Source of the DNA: an uncultured Actinomycetes bacterium
GTDB lineage: Bacteria > Actinomycetota > Acidimicrobiia > Acidimicrobiales > SZUA-35
Length of the DNA: 64,000 nt
Direction: 5' to 3'
Assembly: GCA_902826025.1 (NCBI GenBank)
Contig: CADEDH010000010.1
Coordinates: 55,146-119,145 of the forward strand
Of the stretch, positions 26,847 through 35,346 are shown in pieces. The notes under the pieces are model-generated. The model was given only the letters and a program-made list of their open reading frames with translations, did no database searches and had not been told where the DNA came from. Position 1 is the first letter of the stretch. Each line of letters begins with the position of its first letter. Position numbers and translations under genes: made by a program.

Positions 26847-28292
26847 TCATCGGCCACCGAGGCGGTCCAACACGTTGGCCGTCATCCGCTGCACCCGGCG
26901 ATCGGCCCTGAAGGCGGCATCGCCCAGGAGGAACCGGGGCCAGTAGTTGGTGCCGACGTTGACCACGGTGCCCCCGCCCTGGTGCCGTACCTCGGTGGCC
27001 TCGTGTCGCCGCTGCTCGCCGTCGGGCGTCACGATCCCGGTTCGGGCCAGCACCGTGAGCCCGGCCAGATCGGCATCGGGGGCGTGGTCCCATTCGTAGC
27101 CGACGAGGCCGGCGATCCGGTCACCGTCGCGCAGTCCCGTGCCCCGGTAGATCCAGTGGTCGGCGGCGGTGACCGTCCAGTCGTAGCCGGCGCCGTAGCG
27201 TACGTAGTCGACGTACTGGGAGCCGAGCAGTTCGGCTTCCGGCCGCCCGACCAGGTCGTGGCGCCAGGTGGCGGTGATATCGGTGTGGGGATCGTCGGAC
27301 CACTGCCGGGCCTTGTGGCAGGTCAGGGTGGAATCGGTCAGCCGGATGCGCCAGTAGATCGAGTTGGCGGCGAAGAAGGCGGCGTTGCCGCCTGACGCGA
27401 CGAAGCCTTCCAGGGTCTGCCTCATCGGGGTGGACCAGTACTCGTCGTGAAAGACCGACACGAACAGTCGGGCCCGCTCCACCACGGTGGGGTCGCGGTG
27501 GAGGTCGAAGCTGGTGATCCATGACGCCCGCCGACCTTCGCCGGCCAGCCAACGGGCGAACTGCCAGTCGCCATAGAACAGGAAGCCGGCCCCGTTGAAC
27601 ACGTCGAAGGGGCGACGGATCGCCAGCTCCCGGGCCACACCGTGGGGCGAGTTGTAGCGGTAGAGGCTGGCGCCACCCCAGGCGTTGTAGGCGTGGTAGG
27701 TGGTCAGCGGCACCTGCACCACCAGGCCGTCACCAGCGGTGGGGTCGGCGGCCCGGATCACGAACGGGGCGTAGCGCCGCTGGCCCCGCCCCTCGGCCAC
27801 TGCCAGGTACAGGCCGCTGGGCCAAGTGGGGTCGACCGGAATCCGCAGGGCGACGGGCCACCCGGCCGGATCGTCGGTGCCGTCGGACCCGACGTCCACC
27901 CTGGATCCGGTGGCCAGCAGGCGGGGCCGCTGCCGGCCGGTCTCGGCCCCGGCCCGGATGACGGCGATCTCGACCGGGAACGGGGCCCGGGCCCGGACCT
28001 CGACGAGGTCATCCATCCCCACCGATGGTTCGGTCCACAGGGCGAACGACTGGTCGTAGGGGGGCGACTCCACGGCGGTGGCGAACTCCGTCGCCGGGTC
28101 GGGTGGAGCGTCACTCCCGATCTGACCCACCAGCCGGGCCGCACCACCCAGGGCGCCAGCGGCCGCGGCGCCGATCCCGTAACGCAACACGGCCCGGCGC
28201 CCGGTCCTCCGCTCGACCGGCTCCTCCTGTGCCAGCCTCGGTTGACCCGACGGCCCGACGCCCTCGCTGGAGTCCGACGTCGGCGACGCCAT
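26847..28292 (-). CDS. Tat-exported N,N-dimethylformamidase-large-subunit-like (DUF6605-like) protein
   Basis: Twin-arginine signal TGRRAVLRYGIGAAAAGALGG. LVVQVPLTTYHAYNAWGGASLY motif. Its ATG overlaps the upstream stop (TGATG at 28290-28294). Confidence 0.7.
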   Translation of the reverse strand: MASPTSDSSEGVGPSGQPRLAQEEPVERRTGRRAVLRYGIGAAAAGALGGAARLVGQIGSDAPPDPATEFATAVESPPYDQSFALWTEPSVGMDDLVEVRARAPFPVEIAVIRAGAETGRQRPRLLATGSRVDVGSDGTDDPAGWPVALRIPVDPTWPSGLYLAVAEGRGQRRYAPFVIRAADPTAGDGLVVQVPLTTYHAYNAWGGASLYRYNSPHGVARELAIRRPFDVFNGAGFLFYGDWQFARWLAGEGRRASWITSFDLHRDPTVVERARLFVSVFHDEYWSTPMRQTLEGFVASGGNAAFFAANSIYWRIRLTDSTLTCHKARQWSDDPHTDITATWRHDLVGRPEAELLGSQYVDYVRYGAGYDWTVTAADHWIYRGTGLRDGDRIAGLVGYEWDHAPDADLAGLTVLARTGIVTPDGEQRRHEATEVRHQGGGTVVNVGTNYWPRFLLGDAAFRADRRVQRMTANVLDRLGGR

Positions 28293-29227
28293 CAGCGCGG
28301 GAGGTCGACGTCGCAGGAATCCTGGACCGGCTCGTGTAGGTCCAACAGGGCGGCCTGCCGGTCGGCGACCGCGGCGGCCCAGGCGTCGGCGTCGATCCGA
28401 TCCGGATCGAGCCCGGCTTCGACCACCACAGCTGCCAGATCGCGATTGGCAGCGGCCAGCGCTTCGGATCTCTCGACGAGAACATCGGGCGCGGTCTGGG
28501 CCATGGCGTTGGCCGCGAACCGGATGTCGTCGATCACCCGCTGCCGACCCTCGGGGGCGGCGGAGCCGTAGTCTTCGATGGCGGCGTGGGCCGAAACGTA
28601 CCGGGCGGCGTAGCGGCAGAAGTTCCCTTCGCCGCCCGACACCGCAGCCGGCACTTGTTGGCCGGCGGCCCGTGCCACCACCTCATCTTCGGGGATCGGG
28701 CCCAACCACTTCTCAACCAGCTGGCCGTCCGGGCTGAGCAGCATGGCGCTCGGTTGGAGCGACACCCCGAGCTCGGCCCACGACTGATAGGTCGCGTCCC
28801 AGAGCATGCGGATGGTGAGCTCGTTGTCGGCCACGAACTCCTCGGCCTCCTCCAGGCTGTCCTGGGTGCCCAGACCCACCACGGTGAGCGTGTCCTCGTT
28901 CTGTCGGGCGAACTGCTCGACGCCGGCCGCTTCGGCCCGGCACACCGGTCAATGGGGGGCCCAGAACCACAACAGCACGGGGCGATCGGCCGGAACCAGG
29001 CTCTGGAGCGACACCTCGGAGCCCGACTCGACATCGGTGACCGACAGATCGGGGAGGACACCGGCCGATTGATTGGATCCGCTACCGGCCGGTGGTGGGG
29101 CCGCTGCGCCGCCGGTCTCCCCGCCGGAGCCGCACCCGGCGGCCGTAGCCGCCATCACCAGGGTGAGGCCCAGGATCGCAATCGGGCGCTTGGCCGTGAG
29201 CCGGAACCGGACCGGGAGGATCTGCAC
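28292..29227 (-). CDS. TlpA/ResA-like thioredoxin-fold lipoprotein with an in-frame TGA (28949..28951) at the first redox-Cys position. Candidate selenoprotein or a recent pseudogene.
   Basis: Two same-frame track ORFs (28949..29320 and 28292..28945) are separated only by TGA. The joined sequence reads ...RPVLLWFWAPH-TGA-PVCRAEAAGVEQF..., against the family consensus WASWCPPCRAE. Lipobox: LVMAATAAGC. The start is uncertain (GTG at 29227; the ORF is open to 29320). Confidence 0.6.
28922..28941 (-). other. G+C-rich hairpin starting 8 nt after the in-frame UGA (possible bacterial SECIS-like element)
   Basis: The mRNA reads UGA CCGGUGU GCCGG(G)CCG AAG CGG CCGGC. This gives 5 + 3 bp with one bulged G and a small G-containing apical loop. 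Confidence 0.3.
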
Positions 29228-29367
29228 CGAGGCGAAACCCGGTTCAGTGCCAGATGATTCCGACTGTTTCTCGGCGCCAGAAGCAGATGCGGATGGGGGT
29301 TCAAGCTGAACCCTTAACAATCGGAGAACACCTCGGGAGTCAGCGGACCGGCTGCCATGATGGCGAC

Positions 29368-30333
29368 ATGACGACCACCGTTACCGCGGTACGCGAGCGA
29401 GCGGCTGACATCGACCAACGAACCCGGGGGGCGGTTCTGGGTGCCGGCCGAATCATCGTCGGTCTGATGTGGCTGGCCAACCTCCACTGGAAGGTTCCAC
29501 CCGATTTCGGCCAGGACAATGGGGGCGGTCTGTTCAAGTACTCGGCCTCGGTCTCCCGCCACTCGCCGTTTGCTCCCTTCACCTGGATCACCGAGCAGAT
29601 CATCGTTCCCAACTTCGTCTTCTTCGGCTGGGTGATCCTGATCGCCGAGACGGTGGTGGCCGCCCTGCTTCTCATCGGCTACCGGACCCGGCTGGTGGCC
29701 CTGGCCGGCGCCGGCCTGGCCGTACCGATCCTGCTGTCGGTCCTGTACTACGACCGGGCCGACGAATGGTCCTGGTCCTACCTGCTGATGATCGCGGCGC
29801 ACCTGTTGATCTACGCCTCCTCCACCAGCCGCTCACTCGACCTCGACTCTGCGCTCGGGGGCGGCGAGATCCAGGTCCGAAGGGCGCTGCGGGCCGTCGG
29901 CATCGTCACCACCGTGGTCGGCCTGCTCGGGCTCTATGTCGCCCGGTCCGTAGCCTTCGCCGGATCGAGGGTGGCCCTGTTGGGCAGCGACGCCGGATTC
30001 GTGAACGATGCCGGCGACCTCGTCCGTCGCTGGGAGTTGAAGTTCCTCTGGTTCAACCCGCTGTGGGCTGTGGTCACCATCGCTGCCGGCCTGGCTGTAC
30101 TGGCCGGGGATCGATTGAGGGTGGCAGGCCGGGTGGCGGGGGGTGTCCTGGTATTGGCCGGGGTTGTGGTCTTCGTGATCGGGCGCTTCGACTACGTGCG
30201 CGACGACGGGGCGATCCAGGTGATCTCCACTGCCTCGAACTCAGCCGTGTGGTGCGGGCTGGGGCTGGCGGTGCTACTGCTCGATCGCCGCCTCCGTCGC
30301 CTCCGCACCGCTGATGCCGTCGCTGCCGCGTGA
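29368..30333 (+). CDS. DoxX-family membrane protein with an extra C-terminal TM region
   Basis: RIIVGLMWLANLHWKVPPDFG...FFGWVILIAETVVAALLLIGYRTRLVALAGAGLA. Start at the ATG at 29368. Confidence 0.65.
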   Translation: MTTTVTAVRERAADIDQRTRGAVLGAGRIIVGLMWLANLHWKVPPDFGQDNGGGLFKYSASVSRHSPFAPFTWITEQIIVPNFVFFGWVILIAETVVAALLLIGYRTRLVALAGAGLAVPILLSVLYYDRADEWSWSYLLMIAAHLLIYASSTSRSLDLDSALGGGEIQVRRALRAVGIVTTVVGLLGLYVARSVAFAGSRVALLGSDAGFVNDAGDLVRRWELKFLWFNPLWAVVTIAAGLAVLAGDRLRVAGRVAGGVLVLAGVVVFVIGRFDYVRDDGAIQVISTASNSAVWCGLGLAVLLLDRRLRRLRTADAVAAA

Positions 30334-31736
30334 CAGCGGAGAACGGCCGGCCACCGGCAGCAGGGTGGGCGAGGAGGACGATCAGGGGATCCGGCGCAGT
30401 GGCGACGAGCATCGGCCCGTGGCTGGTGGCGTTGGTGGTGATCGCGGTGGCCGTCCGCTGGGGTCGGCACCTCCAGCTGATCGAGCCGAACATCAGGCTG
30501 GGGGCGGCGCCTCTGGTTGGCGAGAACAAGAGGGACGGCTGGGACTGGCGATTCGATCGCAACCTGCTGTCCGCCGGCGGCGTCGGCCTGATCGTGTCGT
30601 TGGCGGTTTCCCGTCCCTGGTGGTGGCGATGGCCCAAGGGCGCGGTCACAGCCTTCACGTCCCTGGCGGCGGCGTGCTTCGCCACGCTGCTGGCTCTGGC
30701 CGACGGGGTCGAGGGCCACGGCGAGCTTCTGCGGGGGGCGGAGCACCCCACCGAGTACCTGGCGAACCTCGCCACGGCGCCACCGGCCGGCGCCTTCGTG
30801 CGCGGGTTCGTCGGCGACATCGACCGCTACAGCGTGCACGTCCGGGGTCATCCCCCGGGGTTCGTACTGTTGCTGAAGGTGCTCGACCGGCTCGGCCTCG
30901 ACGGACCGTGGCCCGTTGTCGGCCTGTCAGTTCTCGGCACCGCCTTGGTGCCGGTGGCGGTGCTGTCGGCGGTGGGAGCGGTCGGCGGTGACCACTGGGT
31001 TCGACGCTGCGCCCCCCTGCTGGCGGTGTCGCCCTATGCGCTGTGGCAGATGACGTCGGCCGACGCCGTCTTCAGCGCCGTGGGGGCGTTCGGAGCGGCA
31101 TGTTGCGTACTGGGTTCGGCCTCATACGGGTGGCGAGCCTGGCCGTGGGGCATCGCCGGTGGGGCTCTGCTGGCCGGGCTGCTGTTCCTCACCTATGGCG
31201 GGGCCCTGTTCCTCCTCGTGCCCGGTCTGCCGGTCGCCGTGGCCTTGTGGCGGCGGGCGGCCGCTGCCCCGGCCGTGGCGGCGGGGGCGGTTGCGGCGGC
31301 GGCCGCCGTCACTGCCGCCTTCGCCGCCGCTGGCTTCTGGTGGTTCGACGGTGTCGCCGAGACCCAGCGCCAGTACTGGGCCGGCACCGCCCGGCTCCGG
31401 CCTGCCGGGTACTTCGCCCTGGCCAACGTGGCGGTGGCGCTGATCGCCATCGGTCCCGGCGGTTTCGCCGGCCTCACCGGCCTGTGGCGTCGCCGTCGCT
31501 GCCCGCCACCGTTCGCTGCTCTGACGCTGGGGGCGCTGCTGGCGGTCGCCGGATCGAACGTGTCGCAGCTGACCAAGGGTGAGGTGGAGCGGATCTGGTT
31601 GCTGTTCTATCCCTGGTTGGTGGTGTCGGGGGGCCTGGTGGTGGGAGCGGAGCGACGATGGCGCTCGGCGGCGTTGGTGGCGTCACAGGCGGCCTGCGGC
31701 GTGGCGCTGCAGGCGGTGCTGGTGTCGAAGTGGTGA
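30330..31736 (+). CDS. Polytopic membrane protein, GT-C-like (ArnT/PMT-like?), function unknown
   Basis: At least 10 hydrophobic helices and an HPPGFVLLLK loop motif. The GTG overlaps the DoxX stop by 4 nt (GTGA). Confidence 0.5.
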   Translation: MTAENGRPPAAGWARRTIRGSGAVATSIGPWLVALVVIAVAVRWGRHLQLIEPNIRLGAAPLVGENKRDGWDWRFDRNLLSAGGVGLIVSLAVSRPWWWRWPKGAVTAFTSLAAACFATLLALADGVEGHGELLRGAEHPTEYLANLATAPPAGAFVRGFVGDIDRYSVHVRGHPPGFVLLLKVLDRLGLDGPWPVVGLSVLGTALVPVAVLSAVGAVGGDHWVRRCAPLLAVSPYALWQMTSADAVFSAVGAFGAACCVLGSASYGWRAWPWGIAGGALLAGLLFLTYGGALFLLVPGLPVAVALWRRAAAAPAVAAGAVAAAAAVTAAFAAAGFWWFDGVAETQRQYWAGTARLRPAGYFALANVAVALIAIGPGGFAGLTGLWRRRRCPPPFAALTLGALLAVAGSNVSQLTKGEVERIWLLFYPWLVVSGGLVVGAERRWRSAALVASQAACGVALQAVLVSKW

Positions 31737-31768
31737 TGAAGCCGACCGGCTCCGGGGGGGTTTCACGC

Positions 31769-32617
31769 TCACCGGATACCGAGGTTGGTGTCGTTTCCCG
31801 GCGGCATCCCGCTCACCACGCCCAGCAGAGCCTGAGCCGGAACGGACAGGGGCAGGACGGTGCGGGTGAGCAGGAGATCGGTGTCCAGCCGACCGGAGCG
31901 AACGGTGGGGCCGAAACTTCCCCAGAAGGCTCCATCGGCGGTGATCGTCAACTCACTGGGGATGTCCCGGGCCTCAGCCTCCACCCCCAGGTCCTCCAGG
32001 TCGGCCCGGCCCCGCCGCACGATCGGGCGGACCAGATGATCGTCGGGGGCGACCCCCAACGACGTCACGAGCCGGCGTAGCGGATCGAGCCCGGGGTCGT
32101 CGAGCGGACCGGCGGTGGTGGTGGCGATCCGCACCGTGACCCCGCCGGCCACCAGGCGGGGCACCGCCGCCACGACCTTGGCGAAGTTGTCCTCACCCCG
32201 GGCCAGGTCGTTGAGATCCGGTCGATGGGAATCGAGGGAGATCTGCAGGGCGACGTCATGGTCGGCCAGAACCAGAGCCCGGTCGATCCGATCGCCCTCG
32301 AACAACGTGCCGTTGGTGAGCAGGACGACGGGAAGGTGAGCCGCCATGGCCCGCACGGTCTCCGGTAGCCAGGGGAGCAGGAACGGCTCACCCCCGGTCA
32401 CCCCGAGCCCGGTGAAGCCGAGCTCGGCCGCCTGTTCGGCCACGGACAGCATCGTGGCCGCTTCGAGTTGGCGCCGGGGGCTCCGGGGCGAGGACTCGGT
32501 CAGGCAGTAGGAACAGGCGAGGTTGCAGTTGTAGTTCGAGTACAACCAGACCCGGCCGGGGAGCGTCCCGTCGGCTACCGCCGCCGCCACCGGGTGATCG
32601 GTGAGAATGTCAGTCAC
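31769..32617 (-). CDS. Radical SAM protein (single CxxxCxxC cluster, no SPASM-type Cys-rich C-terminus)
   Basis: YSNYNCNLACSYCLTES and GVTGGEPFLLP. A GTG at 32617 would overlap the upstream gene by 8 nt; the ORF is open to 32674. Confidence 0.75.
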   Translation of the reverse strand: MTDILTDHPVAAAVADGTLPGRVWLYSNYNCNLACSYCLTESSPRSPRRQLEAATMLSVAEQAAELGFTGLGVTGGEPFLLPWLPETVRAMAAHLPVVLLTNGTLFEGDRIDRALVLADHDVALQISLDSHRPDLNDLARGEDNFAKVVAAVPRLVAGGVTVRIATTTAGPLDDPGLDPLRRLVTSLGVAPDDHLVRPIVRRGRADLEDLGVEAEARDIPSELTITADGAFWGSFGPTVRSGRLDTDLLLTRTVLPLSVPAQALLGVVSGMPPGNDTNLGIR

Positions 32618-33209
32618 GAGCCAGCTCCCCTTCGGGCTGTACCGGGTCGATGTCCAAGGCGAAACCGGTTTCACAGAGCCGATCGACGACCTCGGGCGAG
32701 GTCGGCAGCTCGAACCCGGTGGCGAACCGGTTCAGGAACAGGGTGGCCCCGATCGTGGTGGCCAGCTCCACCAGCAGGTGATCGGGCCACCACCGCCGGG
32801 CGGGCGACCAGGTGGAGTCGGCGATGGGTCCGGTGGATCCGGCCATGGCGTCGATCCATCGGAGCAACGTCCGCTCCGCCTCGTCGGGAAAGGCGGCGTC
32901 CAAGGGGATCTCGCCTCGGAGAGCCCGCACCTCGTCGGAAGTGAGGCCTGCGTCGACCGCCACCGTCGTGTGGGCGTGAATGCAGTAGCGGCAGCCCTGA
33001 AGGGCCGAGGTCCTCAGAATGGCGAACTCCTTGTACCGGATCCCGGCCGCGCCCGGGCCCAGGGCGGCTCCGACGAACGCCAGCGTGGGAGCGAGCAGCT
33101 CAGGTACCTGCGCCAACGCCGCAACGATGGGACCCGGATCGCCTCCGGCAAAGTACGGCTTCGTCATCAGTGGTGCCTGCTCCGGGTCGGGCAACTCAAT
33201 TCGCGGCAT
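32610..33209 (-). CDS. Carboxymuconolactone decarboxylase / AhpD-like family protein
   Basis: FAILRTSALQGCRYCIHAHT is the AhpD-type CxxC-containing helix. ATG at 33209. Confidence 0.75.
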   Translation of the reverse strand: MPRIELPDPEQAPLMTKPYFAGGDPGPIVAALAQVPELLAPTLAFVGAALGPGAAGIRYKEFAILRTSALQGCRYCIHAHTTVAVDAGLTSDEVRALRGEIPLDAAFPDEAERTLLRWIDAMAGSTGPIADSTWSPARRWWPDHLLVELATTIGATLFLNRFATGFELPTSPEVVDRLCETGFALDIDPVQPEGELARD

Positions 33210-33367
33210 ACACCATCGTTCCAAAGCCGCCGGCTCCCCACGCATCCGGCCCCGAAAGTTTCGTGAACGTTTTCCTCCTCGCTCGCTTGCTTGTCGACTC
33301 GGATCAGGCCCGACTCTGACGGGTCGTGGCCAGTTCGCCATCAACGTGCCCTGCTACCGTCGAGATC

Positions 33368-34231
33368 ATGGTCAAATGGGGCCTCGGCATCCTGATCGTG
33401 GCCGTCGCCTGCTCGTCCACCGAGGCGGTCGCGTCCTGTCCGGCCAGCCCGTTCCGGTCGTCGCCTCCGCTGGTGATCGCCCACGCCGGAGGTGAGGGCC
33501 TGGGGCCGGCCAACACCCTGCTGGCGATGGAGCGTTCGATCGACGCCGGCGCCGATGTGCTCGACGCCGACCTGAGGATGACCAACGACGGGGTGGTGGT
33601 TGCCCGCCACGACCGCGACCTGTCAACCAGCACCGACGGGACAGGCCCGATCGACGAGCGGAGTTGGGCCGAGGTGAGCCGCCTCGACACCAGAGCCGGC
33701 TGGACAGGGCCGCCGATCGATCGGCCGGTCCCGATCCCCTCACTGGAACAGATCCTGCTCCGCTTCCCCGACGTACCGATCTCCCTCGAGATCAAGCAGA
33801 GCGAACCGTCGATGGCTGCCGAGTTGTGTGCCGTTCTGACCCGAACCGACAGCATCGGCCGGGTCTACCTGAGCGCCAACGACGACGACGACCTGTACGC
33901 CGCCCAACGCCAGTGCCCCGAGTCCACGGTCATCACCACGACGTATGCCGACGTGGAGGAGATGCGGGCCGCCCGCGAGTCCGGGGAGAACTGGTGCGCG
34001 CCGGCCCCCATCGGTCAGCCTCCGTACCGCGCCGGTCGGTTCGAACCAGACGATGTGACCTGGTCACACGCTCATGGCCTGGCGATCTTCACCTGGACCG
34101 TCGATGATCCCTCCGCCTTGCGGGAGCTGGCTGTGGCCGGTGTAGACGGCGTATATACCACCAGGCCCGATGTCGCCCGTCGGGTCTTCGATGAATTAGC
34201 TGGGCTTGAATCCAACTCTCATTCACAATGA
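33368..34231 (+). CDS. Glycerophosphodiester phosphodiesterase (GDPD family), probable lipoprotein
   Basis: Signal/lipobox: MVKWGLGILIVAVACSS. PLVIAHAGGEG...NTLLAMERSIDAGADVLDADLRMTNDGVVVARHD. Confidence 0.85.
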   Translation: MVKWGLGILIVAVACSSTEAVASCPASPFRSSPPLVIAHAGGEGLGPANTLLAMERSIDAGADVLDADLRMTNDGVVVARHDRDLSTSTDGTGPIDERSWAEVSRLDTRAGWTGPPIDRPVPIPSLEQILLRFPDVPISLEIKQSEPSMAAELCAVLTRTDSIGRVYLSANDDDDLYAAQRQCPESTVITTTYADVEEMRAARESGENWCAPAPIGQPPYRAGRFEPDDVTWSHAHGLAIFTWTVDDPSALRELAVAGVDGVYTTRPDVARRVFDELAGLESNSHSQ

Positions 34232-34375
34232 TGTCGCGGCCCTGCATGGCCACGTATTCATGATTCGAAACATTCGCTGAACAAAAGAGAAAGCATCCGG
34301 GGAGAGGCGATCGCTCGTGTTCAATTGCCGCCATCGACGGTCGTCGACGGCCGTCTCCGGCAACAAGGAGCACGC

Positions 34376-35101
34376 ATGATGAGAACACAACCCCTGCGCC
34401 GCCTGGCGCTTGCTGCGCTCGGTCTCGCCTCGAGCGGAGTGGCGTTCTCCGGCCCGGCGTCCGCCGGCGAACACCACGAGGACGAAGCCGCCACCTACAC
34501 CGTCACGTTCGAGAACTTGACCGAGGGGCAGTGGTTCACGCCGCCGAACTTCGCCGCCCACCGTAGCGGGGTGCGGGTCTTCGGTCTTGGCCGGCCGGCC
34601 TCACCGGGCGTGGTGGCGGTCGCCGAGAACGGCATGGTGCCGGTGTTGGCGGCCGAGCTCAGCGCCGCCATCGACGGGGAGGGGCTCGGCACGAGCGGAG
34701 TCGGTCCCGGCGTCGACGGTGGCCCGATACCACCAGGGGCCGCCGTCAGCTTCGAGGTGAGTTCGACCGAGCGGCGCTTCAGCCTGGTGTCGATGGTGAT
34801 CTGCACCAACGATGGCTTTGCCGGGTTGAGCTCGGTCAACCTTCCCCGTTGGGAGGGGGAGACCACGACGCTACGGGTGCGGGCCTACGACGCCGGCTCC
34901 GAGATCAACACCGAGCGCCACGACGACCTCGTCCCGGCACCGTTCTGCGGAGGCGGAGGCAAAGGCACGACCGTCTCGAATCCGGCCCTGGCCGAGAGCC
35001 GCAAGGTGCGCCTCCATCGCGGGATCGAGGGCGTCGGCGACCTCGGCCCCCAGTTCGACTGGAGCAATCCTGTCGCCGAGGTGACCATCACCCGGAACTG
35101 A
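34376..35101 (+). CDS. Secreted spondin_N-domain protein
   Basis: Signal peptide MMRTQPLRRLALAALGLASSGVAFSGPASA. YTVTFENLTEGQWFTPPNFAAH, MVICTNDGFAG, AYDAGSEINTE. AAGGAG RBS at 34365-34370. Confidence 0.7.
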   Translation: MMRTQPLRRLALAALGLASSGVAFSGPASAGEHHEDEAATYTVTFENLTEGQWFTPPNFAAHRSGVRVFGLGRPASPGVVAVAENGMVPVLAAELSAAIDGEGLGTSGVGPGVDGGPIPPGAAVSFEVSSTERRFSLVSMVICTNDGFAGLSSVNLPRWEGETTTLRVRAYDAGSEINTERHDDLVPAPFCGGGGKGTTVSNPALAESRKVRLHRGIEGVGDLGPQFDWSNPVAEVTITRN

Positions 35102-35124
35102 TCCCCGGCGGTTCGGCCGGCACG

Positions 35125-35160
35125 CCAGCGGACCAGCGGACCGTTCCGCCGGTCCGCTGG
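35125..35160 (+). terminator. Strong two-tier hairpin downstream of the spondin-domain gene
   Basis: ccagcggacc-a-gcgga-ccgt-tccgc-c-ggtccgctgg gives 10 bp + 5 bp with a 4-nt loop. It starts 24 nt after the stop codon. There is no U-tail, which is common in high-G+C actinobacteria. Confidence 0.55.
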
Positions 35161-35346
35161 CCCCAGTCGAGCCTCGAATCCGGGTGCAGCGGTTCGGCGA
35201 CCCCTGGATCAGCCCCAAAAGGCGAATCTGACCCGCTGGCCTGTGGGCCAGTGACGGCTCAGGCAGGGCTAAACAGTGGGGCGGGTACGTGGCTGTGCTC
35301 CGGAGCCGTGACGTCGACGACGTTGTGATTTCGACTGGCGACGGCC

